Of a stretch of 64,000 bases of DNA, positions 23,701 through 37,635 are shown in pieces. The first letter of the stretch is position 1; every line of letters starts with the position of its first letter. This stretch comes from Isurus oxyrinchus (Eukaryota), in contig JANJGN010000041.1 of assembly GCA_026770705.1 (NCBI GenBank), positions 5,394,001-5,458,000 on the forward strand. Direction: 5' to 3'. The translations under genes and the position numbers were made by a program. The notes beneath the pieces were generated by a model. It did not search any database. It was not told the origin of the DNA and was given only the letters and a program-made list of their open reading frames with translations.

Positions 23701-24847
23701 CCCCCGATTACTCCTTTACTCCCTTGTCTCCTAAATATTCCCGGTCTCCTGCAACTCTCATCTCCACTCCATTTCCACCTCCTTATTTAAACTATTCAAT
23801 GTATTCTTCCTTCCATGGAATAACAGAGATTTTTTATACCTTCTTTCAGGGCCGTTCATTTCAATACACCAGAGGATCCTGTAATACATCTCCATCGCAT
23901 CTCAATCATACTGGCAACTTTGGTGCCAGAGTGATATATCATTTTACTAATTATTACCTTTCCTTGCAGTGAACATATTCACGATTGTGATATTGAGGCG
24001 CCAGAGGTGCGGTCTCTCCAATTGTGTTACCCGTTACCTGGTGGCCATGGCAGTGGCTGATCTACTGGTCATTATCCTCGACCTGATACTGAGGCATATT
24101 CCAATTGTGTTTGATAAGTATTTTATTTTCCTGCAATCAGTCCCAGTGTGTAATATCCACGCCGTCCTGCTCTATGCAGCCACTGACTGTTCTGTGTGGT
24201 TCACCGTCACTTTTACCTTGGATCGATTTGTGGCCATTTGTTGCCCGAAACTGAAAACTAAATATTGCAATGAAAAAACGGCAGCTGTGATTCTGGGAAC
24301 CGTCATTGCACTGAGCTGTTCAAAGAACATTTTCTGGTATTTTTTGCTCACAGGTCAGTACCGGCTGGTAAACTTCCCCTGGTTTTGTGGTTACACAAAA
24401 GAGGTTCTGTTCTCTCCTGTCTGGGTAACAATCGAGTTCACCCATCACATTCTAACACCTTGTGTCCCATTTGTACTGATCCTGCTCATCAATATTTTGA
24501 CAGTCGAGTATATTTTAGTGACCAGCATGACCCGCAGGCGACTTCGGTCTCATAGGAGAGGGGAGAGCCCCAGAGACCCAGAGATGGACAATCGAAAGAA
24601 ATCGATCATGTTACTGTTTTATATTTCAGCCAATTTCATTGTTTTATGGGCAATGTTAATGTTTTATTCCATATGGACCCGAATGTATGATTTTGGCTTT
24701 AATTCACTGTATCTACATTTTTTTGTTCTGCAATTGGGTTTCATGCTGCAGCTCCTGAGTTGCTGCACAAACACTTGGATTTATGCTGTGACACAGACTA
24801 CGTTCAGGGAGCAGTTTTGGAAAATGTTGAAATATCCCTTCAATTAA
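20706..24847 (+). CDS. GPR139-like: Intact two-exon GPR139/GPR142-like class A GPCR, 350 aa (exon 1 20706-20880, exon 2 23970-24847)
   Basis: Exon 1 '..IQVGYFPILALFGVT' + G|GTAAG; exon 2 TTGCAG|TG AAC 'VNIFTIVIL..CGLS.CVTRYLVAMAVADLL', 'TLDRFVAICCP', 'SCCTNTWIYAVTQ..FR'. The phase-1 junction gives 1053 nt with no internal stop and seven hydrophobic helices. Confidence 0.93.
21680..22900 (+). mobile_element. PIF/Harbinger (HARBI1-like) transposase remnant in the GPCR intron
   Basis: 'NFYGFGRFQ' ~ 'NFYATGSFQ'; 'YHCIDVHL..IMLVNSHYRD*SRNPFIMKHS..KWIFGVEGCPVGTWI' ~ 'FHSLNVQL..I..V.ARYPGS.HDAFILR.S..GWLLGD.GYPL..WL'; 'KKRF..TLQYT..FIVFCLILH'. Confidence 0.8.
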
Positions 24848-25369
24848 ATTTTTAATTAGTTCAATGATTGGAAGAGCTGAATATCTGACATTTCTAGGAC
24901 ATAATTTCACAATTCCAGCACTGCATAACGGTCTGTCACTGGGTGGAATGAATCAGTGCAAACTTCCTGAATTTTAACATTGAACTTAACGTTTTCAGTG
25001 GATAGGGGTGGAAACTGGGGTGGGGCTGTTGGGGTGGAGGGACTGCTTTAAGTTGGAATTGAGAAGTCTTAAATTACTAGGAGTTTCCTGAGTTCTCTCA
25101 ATGAATTTAACATTTCCAGCTGGCACGGGGGAATGGGGGTAGGATGGGGGTGTCTTGTGCATTCAATGGGTCCATTTCAATGGAACCGAATCACTCAAAG
25201 CTTCCAGTATTTTCTCCTTTCATTGCTTTTGAATTGAGGAAAATTCATCTCATTGGGAGAACAAATACACCACGATTTTCCAGAATTAAAACATTTTCTC
25301 TTATTTATAGCTGTGGGGGTGGAGTGGTGGAGGGAGGGGGCGAGGGGAGGCAGTGAATGTTACCTCACT

Positions 25370-25640
25370 GACCAACTAGTCCCATCCAATTGGCCGATTG
25401 TAAAGCCTATCGTCCCCTCCGCCACACAGGAACGGAAGGTAATAAAGCTCAAGCCATTTGCACACTTCCATTGCCCACAAGACATGTCCATTATCCTTCT
25501 CTCTCGTACTGATTGAACAGAAAACTAAGCCACTGATAGCCTACTTCCAAAATCGCCGATGCAACTGTCCACTGTTTCTCAGTGATTGGACAGGAATCCT
25601 CCATCCAGCACGTGATTGGAAGCCAAAATGGAATGCCGGA
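25370..25640 (+). promoter_or_regulatory. Promoter-like cluster: CCAAT/ATTGG boxes, E-box, YY1-like site
   Basis: CCAATTGG ~25387, TGATTGG ~25583, CACGTGATTGG ~25609, GCCAAAATGG ~25622. Confidence 0.3.
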
Positions 25641-25919
25641 GTGGAACGTGGTGAGGTCTTGTCAGAGGAGGACTCGTCGCAGCATACAATTCAAGTAACC
25701 AACAACGGCAGTAGGAACACAAACTGAAAGTGAGGTATCAGCAGAAATTAGGGCATGGCAGCAGCACAGCTCACACTGAATTCTATTGTTTATAAAGGAA
25801 GTGGGTATCAATTCATCTGCAGAAAGAGGGCGGCGTTGTAGTGGATTTGGTGTGTGTGTGTGCGGGGCAAGACGGCACAACTGGACCTCGATCTCCCTAA
25901 AAGAGATGCTGATTGACAT

Positions 25920-26240
25920 ACAAAAAGAGAGAGCGAGAGAGAGGCATGTTGCTTAACGGACAAAAAGACACAGAGACTTTGAAAAAGAGATAGAAAGAAT
26001 TTGAGTGGTGTGGGGGGGAGAGAAAGAGGCTGATAGAGAGAGAGGTGGAGGCAGAGTGAGAGATGAACGTACTGGGATGTAGAGGGACAGAAAAACAGAG
26101 AGCGGGAAAGAGATAAAGGGAGAAATAGAGGCTGGAAGAGAACAACAGTGAGAAAGGGAGAGACGAACAATAAGACATGGAGAGAGGAAGACATTGAGTA
26201 ACGGGAGGGGAGGTGAAAAAGAGGTAAGAGAGGGATTGGG
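25920..26240. repeat. GA-rich low-complexity tract
   Basis: Directly visible. Confidence 0.85.
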
Positions 26241-26294
26241 TTAGTCACATCGTGGATGATATTTGGGAATTAAGCAGGGGGACATGGAAATTGC

Positions 26295-26770
26295 AGCTGA
26301 ATGTATTTTAAATAGGGTGAAATCCCACTAACTTAGCACCAATCTGCTGAATGTATTTTAGCCAGTACGCACTTATCAACACCGTGCTGAATCTATTTTA
26401 ACAAACAATAAATCCCACTCACATATTATGACCCCGCTGAACGTATTTTAACCAGCACTAAATCCCATTAACTTATCAATGATCTGCTGAATGTATTTTA
26501 ACCAGCATTAAATCCATTAACTTGTCAACAATCTGTTGAATGTATGTTAGTCAGCAATAAATCCCACTCACACATTACCACTCTGTTGCTTGTATTTTAA
26601 CCAGCTCCAAATACCATTCACTTATCACCACTTTGCTGAATGCATTTTATCCAGCACGAAACACCATTCACTTATGAACACTCTGCTGTATATGTGTTAG
26701 CCAACACTAAATCCACTCAATTATCAACACCCTGCTGAATGTATTCTAAAAGGCACAAAATCACATTCCT
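26295..26770 (+). repeat. ~50-bp minisatellite, ~10 units
   Basis: GCTGAATGTATTTTAACCAGCACTAAATCCCACTCACTTATCAACACTCT consensus repeated in tandem. Confidence 0.92.
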
Positions 26771-27329
26771 GGTCGGGGAATCTTATACATTCATATGTGT
26801 TAAAATTAGAGAATTAGCTTACTATTGATATCCTGAATATATATGTCAACTTATGGTGATGACTTAAAATTACTGCACAAACACGTTAATTTATGCAGTG
26901 AGTCACTCCAAAATCAGACAGCAGTTAAAGTCTGTGGTGAAGTATCCATTCCGAACATCATTCAGAGAATGAGCCAATCCGGGAGCACCACTGCTGTCTG
27001 ACAGGCAGCACAGCCAATCTGGAGCTTCTCCCAGGGACTCACACAACCACTACCCAAAACCACCATCTCCACAGCAACTCAACTAATTCACACACCCCGT
27101 TATTAAAAGCCACATCATCCAATTGGTATGATTGACCAGGTGAATCACGATTCACTGAGCCTATTTGGTATTTTGTTGACATTCGCGTGACAAAATCCTC
27201 GAAATCCGCCTGGTGAATGACACCTTACGTGAACCAAACAGGGAGCATCATTATGTGGCTAAAAAACGCAACAGCCAATCTGGGACTTCATTTGGTAACT
27301 CAGGGCCTTCTTCCCCAATCAGGCAGCTG

Positions 27330-29975
27330 CTTTTGGTGCTTTACGGTCGGGACAGTTGGTCAGCAAGTTTTAGATAGAGGCTAACATACTTACGGCACTC
27401 CTGGCTGCCTGGATGACCATATATGCAGAATGTGGCATCTGTTTACGCGCTTGAGAACCGGGTTTTGGAGCTCAACCATCGGCTGGATGCAGTGGTGCAC
27501 TCCGGTGCGCGAGACTCATATAGACAGCATGTTTCTTTTTTTTCACACAGTCACCGCACAGCTTAAGGAAGTGCAGTCAGACAAGGAATGGGTTACCCAA
27601 GTCAGAGGAAGGGGTGCTAGCAGTTAGTCAGGAAAGCCACCGAGTGTGTCTCATTTAAAAACAGTTTCTTTCTCTGTGTTGGAAAATGGTGACCGTGTTT
27701 ATTCCCATTGAGAATGCAGCCAGAGCCCAGCTACACAAGCTGGGAGTGGAGAAAGTGAGGGAGAACAATCGTGTCGGAGACCCCAAATTGTGGGTGAGTC
27801 AGGCGTATCAGCGGCCAAAGGCATAACTCCAGAATGGTGTGTTGCATCCCTGGAGCCAGGGTCAAGACTGTCATTTTACTGCTCCAAGGAATTCTGAATG
27901 GGGAGGGCGAGCAGTCAAATGACATGGTTCACATTCGTCCTAAATGACTTATGCACAAAGCGGGATGAGGACCAAGAATTTCGGGAGCAAGGTAGCAGCT
28001 TGAAAAGCAGGGCATCAAAGATCCTAATTTCTGGATTAATTCCGATGCCACGTCCTACTGTGAAGAAAAATAGGTGGATAGATTAAATTCATGTGTGGCT
28101 GATGATGTGGTGCAGGAGGACTACTGAAAGTTTTTCGGTCATTGGGTGTGTTTCTTGTAGAGGTGGGAGGTGAGGAAGTCCAAGATATTTTACCTCAACC
28201 GGAAATGCATCAAAATTATTTATTGGTAGGGCTGGGGTTGGGGGTGGTGACGTGGTGCGGGCGCTGGAGAGTGCAGGTTTGCTGGTGCTGTTGTTGCGGG
28301 TTTAAACAAATTTGGCAATGCGATAGGATATGTAATGGATGTTACGTAGGATGTGATTTATAGGCAAGTTTAGAAGAAAAACTACGTCAGCCAGGAAGAC
28401 AGCGATTATATAGTCAAGTTAAGGCACAAAGGAGAATGGCAGGGATGGATGGCACTTATTTTCATCCAAAGAGTCATGTGAGTCGGGCAGAATAATTAAC
28501 AGTGTTGATTAACACAGAGATCTGGTGATGGAAAGGGCAGGGCTGGCAGCTCAAAATTCTGTTTATGGAATCCGCAGTCGAGCCGAGGCTGCCGTTGGGG
28601 GGAGGGCGGTCGGAATAGAGGAGTTGGTTCACAACATTAATCAATGAGTCAATTGCTGCAAAGAGGAAAGATGATACCTTAGTGAGTTCCTCAGATGAGG
28701 CCGTATGGTTTGAGCTGAAATTCAAAAAGGGGCAAATCAATTTGCCACAGCGAAACAGCCAGATTGATAGAAAGGCTGACATGTAGCCAAAATCAGAGAA
28801 GTGGAATAATAACAGGGTAAAAATAGTAGCTTTCCACTTTCCCCTATCTACGAGGATATACAAAGTGGTGATGGCTTAGAGGGGACAGAATTTTCAAAAT
28901 GTACCGAGGGGAGATTTTTAACGTGAAGAACATGAATCCCACAAGAAAGGCAGTAGTGCTGGGCTTAGCATTTGGGAACAAAACTGGGCTATTGGTAGAA
29001 GTTTAAAAGGGGTAGAATTTCTCTGATTTTGTCCATAATTCAGTAAGTGTTAAGGTAGTTATTGGGAAGGATAAAATGCACCTGATATAAAGCTGCTGAA
29101 TTGGGAAAGCATGTTTTTAATAATTTAGTATACGATCCTGTCAAAGTGAACTGGAAGCATCCATCTGTCCAAAAACCTGCATCAGAGCAGAGGGAGTTTT
29201 GCAAAAAATGAAATATTGAGTGCTGGGGCAAACATTTCCAGAGAGCTCTGGATTTCGAGGAATGCACTGGATTGAATGAGGGAAAACAGGAAGCTCCTCG
29301 AGGAAGCTGATGGCTCAAAAAAGCATGAGTCCTTCAAAATATGTAAATTGTGTATAGTTACTTAAATAAGGAAAGTAGGAGATCGAAGAGGGAGCATTGG
29401 AAAACACTGGCAGGTAAAATAAAATAAAGCAAAAAGGCTTTTCGTAAGTATTTTACGGTCAGAGGATCACCAGAGAAAGAGCAGCTCGCATTTGGGACAA
29501 AATTAGTGTGTGGATTTATGAGATTTCGATGTTATTTCAAAAGTGCACCTTGCATCTGTATTTAGTGTAGAGAAGAGCGATGTAGGTATAGAAATCAGCG
29601 ACGGGGACTGTGATGCACATGAACAATTTAGGATTGAGAGGGAGGAGATATTAGATGTTTTATCTGACTTTGAAGTAGATAACTCGCCAGACCTAGATGC
29701 GATGATTTCCAGGCTGCTCTGCAAGGCAAGGAAGGAGATTGAAGTGTCCCTGACATTAATTTCAAAATCCAGCCTCGTCACAGGAGAATCTCAGTTGACT
29801 TATGGTCAGCGAATGTATTATCATTATTCAAATTAGGTGCCAAAAATCCAGGCAGCATTAAATTAGAGGATCTAAAATCAGTGTTAGGGAAACTTTCGGG
29901 AAAAAAAAAATATGTGGGAGAGGACTGACCTCTGCTTGGAGAGGCAGGGATTAATCAGCGATAGTCAGCATTATT
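27330..29975 (+). mobile_element. CR1-clade LINE (ORF1 plus 5' half of ORF2), decayed
   Basis: ORF1 'DDHICRM..', 'VCCIPGARVK', 'KSRASKILISGLIPMPR'; ORF2 'LASVFSVE..EEILDVLSDFEVDNSPDLDAMISRLL'. Confidence 0.85.
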
Positions 29976-30375
29976 AACCTGGATTGCCATTGACCTTTCC
30001 CGCAGTTAATCAAAACATTCTGGTTCTTTTAATCTGTGCAGGGTCTCTTGCGAAATTTTGATCCAGTTGGTACACTTAATTTCCAAGTATGTGGTCCAGC
30101 AGTGCCTCATTTCTCCTGGAACTGGAAACGCACTGCAGTAGAAATGTTTCCTGAGCACAGTTTAGGAACTGCTATTTTCAGTATCTACATTCGACTAATT
30201 GAACTCCCTCGTTCTAAGTATTCTACAATGCTTGCACTTCACTGTAATTTCCTTGCCACATAGAGGTTGTGCCCTTGCCACTTTGGTCTGTACTGTCTCT
30301 CCTGCACTGCAACATCATACAAGTTCGACAATTCCACCGGAAGTCATTTAATAAGACTTTGCAACATCGCAACAG

Positions 30376-33300
30376 CTAAATGAATGAAGCCAAAATCTAA
30401 AAATGGCTGGAATGAGTCCCTGGATTCCCATGGTGTGACCTGAGATAACATGTCAACATTGCTGGTGGAGTTAGTGATATATTTACAAAATGAAAACAGA
30501 AACCCAAAGAGGAGTTTGCTAAATTATGAAGTTTCCTTTGAGACGTGCAGGCCTAAGGTCTGCACCAGAACAAGTGGAAGTCCATTTCCAGGCTGCCCAA
30601 AAGTGCAGAATCGAGGAACATGCGCTGATCTCAAAAAACACAGTGCAATGCACAAACAAACAGACGACATGAGAAAGGATGATAGATGTATCCATTTTAG
30701 GGGAAATCCACTTTTTCAGAAGAAGCACCTGAGTAAGGCAGAGTCCATACAACTGGCCAAATCAATGCAGGCTGAGCAAATTACAAAATGAAGCTGGAGG
30801 TAAGTATTAAAATAGGCAGGACTCTCAGGACTTAGCACATCAAGGCGGCAGCTGGAGGAAAGCTGCAGCAAAAACTGGCAGCATTCCACCAGGAGGCCCA
30901 GCTGAAGTGAACGTAAGTTTTATTTATACAATTAATGCAATTAATTTAAACGACATGCTGAGTAGAGAAGAACCTGCAGCATTTAATAAAAAAAATGCTC
31001 CTTTCATTTGAACCCTGGGTTCTTGCTTTAAGAAAAATGAAAGCCGGGTTAACAGGCCTAACCTTTTGAATAAAATGGGATGGCCACAGTGCAATACTGC
31101 CGAATATTAAAAAAAAAGTGTGGAAATTCACAGCAGGGTTATTGACAGCTGCAGAGCCATCCTGAAGTGGATAAAAATGGATGTGGCACAGACAGCCATA
31201 AATGCGCAATGGCATTTAAAAAGATTAACTCAGGAAAAGAAAAATAAATTGCCTTGGATACGAAATTCCATCACAGCCACATTTTTGCTTCTGCAAGGCA
31301 TGAAGGGATAGTTTTCTTTATTTAAATTATTGGATGATTCAAGTCAAAGCACAATCTCTGGAGTCGTCCAGGCCAGCACCAACTTTACCCTCATTTACTG
31401 AATTGCATGACCGGTAATCCCAAGCTAGTACATTGATAATTCCTCAACCACCTTCAATGACAAAATAAATGCCTTTCATGAATCTTTGAAACATCAAGTT
31501 GAGGACTCTGTAGAGCCTTACAAGATGCATACAAATCCTGTAGCAAATTAACAATCGGCGAAATTACGTCCTTGAACACATTATATGAGGCAACATAAAG
31601 GTCCAGAACTTCCTGGAAATCCCTGGAACCTGTTTTTATGGGGGGCCTGTGAGATGATTGCTAATTACTTTCCCTATAAAATACCGATAATTGCTTCCAG
31701 CATTGTGCAAGCAGCTGGTAGTGAGCAGCAGGGAAATTAATAAAACTAGCGACTTGTCACGTGAAGGAGAAAAAGCATTAAAGAAAAAGCAATCGCTTGT
31801 TTCAAAGCTGAACAGGATGAATTGAAGTGTGAGATTCAGGCTGGATATGTAGATTTGAAAATGCATCGCAAAACGCAGTCTTCAAGGAGCCAGAATTTTC
31901 GAGGCCTGAACAAACAGAAGTTAGAGATAAAACAAATGGGGCAGGGTGGGAATTAGCACCCTCAAATGCACAGTTGGCAAATCAAACCGTGAGTTAGAAA
32001 ATCTCATCCACATGTACAGCCAAGCAAAACAATAGGGAATAAAAAGATTCAAATAAGCAGGAAAATTGAAAGGCTCTCTGCAGAATGAACCTATATAGGT
32101 CAAAAAATCATCAAAAAAAAAGATGTTGAATATTATTTGAGAACAAAGCTGCACTAGAACTATCAGCAGTATCAAAGGAACGTACTGAAGCTCAGAGTGA
32201 GTTGGTGTTAGTTGGCCAAGGAATTAATTAGTCGGAAAACAGCTGATTGTTCTCCTTCTTCAAAAAGCACAAATAAGTACATTATTCTTCAGCAGCATGA
32301 ATACATTAAAATCTCTCCTACACAGCACAACGGAAGAAGAGCACAGTAAAATCGAGGAGAACTTGCTGAATAAAAGGAAAGTGAAGATGAAGCAATTGAA
32401 GCTTCACAGCGCGAAAGAAAGCCTGGAGAAAAAAATTAACACATTACAGATGTCCCTGAGGCCAAATGATTTTCCTATGCAAAATGATGAAGAGTAGCAG
32501 CTTAAATTTCAGCTGACTCTGAACAAAATGAAAACGCAATTTGCAGGGAAGACTCCAGAATTTTGAAAATTATAGGAATAAGCCTAATCTGCCAGAAAAA
32601 AAAGGACAGAAGAGCTGAAGAAACAACTGACATTGAAAGGAAAAGTTAAAGCCCTTTCCAAAAATGCAAGCAGGTGATGAAGTTATGAACAAAACATTTG
32701 GAGAACTGTAGGAATTTACCTGCCAACGGAGACAGGCCTGGCCAACAGTGAAACCCACATGAAGGACAAAGAGAAATCACTGCTGCAGGCAGAGGACGGA
32801 GGGGGGCACTGGCAAACTGGCAGGGTCACTGCATTGGAAGCCCAGAGACCCAGGCTACTGCTCTGGAAGCATGGGCGCCACATCCACCACGGCGGCTGAG
32901 GGAATTAGAATTCAGCTCTTAAACCTGTAATTGCAAGCTAGCCCCAGTGATGGGCACCATGAAACTATCATCGATTATCATCAAATCCCATCACTTTACC
33001 AATGTACGTTAATTGAATGTCTGCCTTGCTGAACTGTTTTGACCGAAAAGTGGCTCCAGGAACCCAGCAATGCAGCCGGCTATAAACTGCGCTCAGCAGT
33101 CACCTAGTGAGTTCAGTTCAAAAGCAAAATCTATGGTCAAACAAATGTCGGTTTTCCAGCTACGCCCAGAACCTGTGGAAGAATAAGGAAGAAGAAAGAT
33201 TGAAAAACGATTGTAATTTGCGAATCTGATACTGAAGCTCAAGAGACAAAAATGAAAAATCACTGGATTCCTCAAACGGACTGAGGGTTGTTGAAAAGTG

Positions 33301-34250
33301 ACCTGGCTGAAATGGAGATCAAGAAGCGGGAACATCAAAGAAATGGTGAGCAGTTCCAAGTGAAGTCAAATTTCTCACAGAATAGCGGGGGGATTTTCAT
33401 CTACAAATAGGCCAAGTAAACTTAAAGAATGTGAGTGTGCAGCACGGCACTCATGAAAGCGACGCTGCTGAGCGAAAAATGGTCAGTGTAGAGAACTAAC
33501 TTTCATGTACAGAGGTTCAGTTTGCTGAGATGTTGGATCTTCAGCATGAAAATACCCCCAAAAAATTAAGCCGCCATCCAATGTGAAGAAGATGGAGAAT
33601 GAGATGTGTCATTTGGAAGAGGGAAGACAGACTCTGAAGACTCGAACAAGCAGTTTCAGGATTTAATGACTGAATTGGGCGAATCAAAGGGGCAGTCAAT
33701 GGGCATATAAAAAAAACTGAAAGGAACTGACTGTACAGGTCAGCGTAACCCTGTATAAAGATTTCACAGATAACTCCGAAGGAAAAGCAGCTCAACTTCC
33801 AGACCAATTGCTGACCTCAAGGAAAATGTTCAGATGTGTGCAAAAAATTTGCAGATAAAAGAGCAATCACAACTTTGGCTGAAGTTGTGAAACAAATGGA
33901 AATTAATGTCCCATTTCTCAATCATCAACATCAAGCTCGATCATGGGGGACACAGTGGAAATAGAAAATCCCAGTCCACTCCAATATTGCTCGGAGTGCA
34001 TATTCACCTCATAAAGAATGGAACAAACACAACTTGCCCGAGCAGATCAAATGGGATGCTGATAATCAGAAAGGGAACTCAAAGGAGCACAATAATCCAA
34101 TCAAATGGAGAGAAACAAGTGTGAGAAATACGGAGCATCATAATTTAAAGCTTAAACTGAAAACGTCAGCCCGAAGAAGCTTTTTAAACTATTCATCCAC
34201 ATGGAACACACAGGAATGTTAAAGAATGTTCAAATATCAAGACAACTGAA
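30376..34250 (+). pseudogene. UACA-like: UACA-like coiled-coil pseudogene, copy B
   Basis: 'ISTLKCTVGKSNRELENL', 'NKYIILQQHEYIK', 'SLEKKINTLQMSLRP..EE*QLKFQLTLNKMKTQFAGKT', 'IADLKENVQMCAKNLQIKE'; paralog of 3894-7774. Confidence 0.7.
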
Positions 34251-34329
34251 TTCATGATGTATTAGCGTTGTCCAGGTCCGCGAGGTTGGGGGGTGGGGAG
34301 AGGGGGAGTGGGGGTGCTGTGGGGAGTAG

Positions 34330-37005
34330 TTGCGAGGTGGCGGTATTGTGTCAGAGAAATGTAGCAAACAAATGTTTTATTGGAAATAATTATAGTCAGA
34401 TGGAAGGAAGGATGGTTGGTTTTAAAGGATGGTGCTATTGTCTCGAGTAGCAGCATGGCGATTGTAATGTAAAGGTTTTCAGGACAGTAAGGGTTAATGT
34501 CGCTTTGGGGAATAGTATCGCGAATGGTCTGATGCATAGGGTTACATGATTGTAGACGTAGAAGCCAAGTATGAAGCAACTAGTAAAGTGGCTGCACCCG
34601 TGTATGCGGAACATCGGATATGTATATCATTAAAGCTTAACAATGAATAGTTCATGTTTAATCATTGCAAGTCGGGAGACCTCTCAGTGGGAGATCAAAG
34701 CAGCATTTTCAACAATCCCCAAATTAGGGCAGGAGGCAACACTGACCAATCAAACATTGCCAGGGCAGGTATAGCATATCGTTATATATAGATTAATGCC
34801 CGATCTAAACGCTCCTAATTACAGAATACATGAACTTGTATTTCACGTGGTTTGATGCAGACAAATTTCCCTCTAAAGACATCAAACACTCTAAGGGAAG
34901 GTACAACAGTAGATGAGGTATATAACCAATCTCCCTATTCACTGTCCTCATCGTACCCATCTCAGCACCGATACACCAAAGATTTAGATACGGACAACTC
35001 TCTGTCTGCAATGTTCCCTTCGAGCATTCCAAAGGCTGTTATAACACTGGCTTAGATTGACAACTGCGCATTCACCAGTAAACCTTCCAATAGCTGGCTC
35101 AATCCGGGGGTTGAGGCATAAGACTGCGGGGAATAACCAGTCAGTACTATTAATGTGATATATAAAGTGAGCTTTATTCATGACAGGCATATCCCACTAT
35201 ACTTATAGTATTTCACAGCTGGTCAAATCATCTGCCAATGTTCTCGTAGATGTGTTTTCCTATTTATGGCGTCCCTATTGCCGATAATCCCAAGCTGTTT
35301 TAGAGTAGCTTTTGTTTTCCATACACCTTGTAATTTCTCACTAACTTGCAGCCAAAGCAGCCTGGACTGCTGCCACTGTGCTGCGCATAATTGCTTGTTA
35401 TTTCCGTTTCTCTTTTAGATGGTTCCGTTCACTGAATTTCTGAGAAGGAAAAAGAAACAAAAGCACTCTTCTTAGCTTCTGGTTTCTTACGTTAGGTGAT
35501 TCATGAATGCAATTGTCGTTAATCTTTTAGATGCTTCCGTTCACTGATTTTGTGAGAAAGAAGATGAAACATAAGCACTTATCTTAATTTCCGTGTTGTT
35601 ACGTCTGGTGTGTCGTGAATGGAGATAGCAAAATGAGTAATAAAGAGTCTATGTGGATAGCTAGTCTGCGTGTGTCTGTCTGTCTCTTTGTGTGTTTTGT
35701 TCATGCGTGTTTCTGTGTGTTTATGTTTCTGTGTGTGTATGTATGCATGTGTCTGTGAGTGTGTGTGTATGTGGGTGTGTGTGTGCGTGCCTGAATTTTT
35801 AATGCTTTTTCTCCCTGAACATTAATTTTGCAGAGGAGCCTCAACACTTTGAATATGGAATCGTTTAATCAGTCATATTAAAGGAAAGCAAAATGTAAAG
35901 AATATGTTTCAAGTTAAAAGTTTTGAATTAAAGTTCTTGCCAAAGATCACAACCTGATTATGTGTTCATGAGCACGTGGGAATTTTACCATAGATACAAA
36001 TTCAACCAAAGGGGGAATGGGGGGTGTTTTAATGTTCCACAGTGTGAATTGGAACTGTGATGCAGCTGATCCTCCGTTGGAGTTATCTTGGGTCAGACAC
36101 GTCTTAAAGCGTTTAAAGATGTTAGGTTTGGCTCCTGATAAAGTTGTCAAAGCAGCAACATGATTTTTAATGAAGTTGTCTCCGCTCCACAACCAAACAC
36201 CTCCACCACAAAACACGCTGTGGAGTTAATCATGTTGTTCTCATAGCTACTTCCGTTTTAGTTAATGATATAACCTTATGATTACCAGAATTATATTGGC
36301 TGTTATTAGATTTCAATTTTCCAAGTTTACAGACGTGAGTGAACATACCATTGAAGTGTGGGTCATAGGCACGATGAATTGCTTGCGTTTTTTAACAAAG
36401 ATGATTATTCATTAAAGCGCCGTGTGAACCCAAGAGTTTTTTTTTGAATTAAAGACAGAGAATAAGGTAATTGTGCTCCAGAGGACTGGCCTTACCAGTT
36501 CACGCTGCTTGTAACTACTAGATAACTTTCGAGAAAGACTGCTTGAGAACGGGACTTCTGAGCAAACTCACCGACCAATGAAGATCGGATTTCTCAAAAC
36601 CAGTTTTGAATACCACCAAGCTTCAGCACAGTTGTTTCTGAAACCAGAATTCATAAAATAAATTAGACATGAGCTTATATTTCCCGTTTTCAAAGGGAGA
36701 CTTAACTGACTTTTAAGGAGATTAACAAACTTTCAAAAGAAGAACGCTAATCGGAAAACAGTTCAGGCGGCTCCTTGGAACAAAAAAACAAGTTTGTTTC
36801 TCGGAAGGAATATATTGAACAATGAATTCAAAATTTGGGCAACATTAAAAATCGGACACAGGCTAACAAGTTACTTTTGTGAAAACAAAATTATATTTGA
36901 AGAAAGAACAGGGCAAAACATGCTAACACCTGCCGTCAAGCATTTGATTCAAATTTGAAAGATATTATCAAAATATTTTCCTTTTGAGCGCATTCGATCA
37001 TCACT
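34330..37005 (+). pseudogene. CCCH-finger/OB-like unknown pseudogene, copy B
   Basis: Paralog of 7855-10880; donor GTGAGC at 35167 and acceptor TTTTGCAG near 35833. Confidence 0.4.
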
Positions 37006-37243
37006 CCTTGCTAATGGCGTTGCAAGTTGAAAACGAAATGCAGAACAATCATCAGAAATTCAGTCAAACCTTCTCTGTAAGGCTTCAAGGCCATCCTGCC
37101 ACCAGTGCATGACTCGTGGTGCAAACTGCACAATGCAGGTCTCTGTCTGGAAGTTAGAGCAGATGAGAAATGGCTGCGGTCGCCAAGACCCATTCTGAAG
37201 AGTATCAGATGCTATCATCATTCCATTACAAGCCAAGAAGCAG

Positions 37244-37635
37244 TTATGCAATGATACCCAGAGGTCTGCTGAATCCAGCCTTCTTGTTATTGTGCTGACT
37301 ATACTGCCTTTTCCGGTGCACATTAACAACGTAAGCATTAACCGAGCCCTCCAGTTGCTTTCCCTTCGTAGTGTGAGAAACATCAAACTCCATCACTTTC
37401 AGAATTTCAGCCTCTGCTTCAGTCCCTCCCTCCGTTCCTGCCTCCACAAACTCTTGTTGTTCTGAAACGTAATCTTTCTGTTTCGAAGTTGATATTTAAA
37501 TCGGTTTGTGAGCTGACCTCGAGTTACACTTCCCACGTTCCCGGTTTGGAACTCATGAACTGGAGCGGTCATGTAACCTGGCTCCCCTCACTTTGCCCTA
37601 CAAAATCTTCCCAGGTCTCATGAACGAGAAGAGGT
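37244..37635 (-). pseudogene. SNRNP27: SNRNP27 processed pseudogene, copy B
   Basis: 'TKGKQLEGSVNAYVVNVHRKRQYSQHNNKKAGFSRPLGIIA*' vs '[41 protein letters not shown]'. Confidence 0.92.

Noticed and set aside
36130-36230. BIR-like 'FCGGGVWLWSGDN..H' on the minus strand
   Set aside because: The final Cys is missing, the motif is created partly by a B-specific deletion junction, and it is antisense to the proposed + strand gene.
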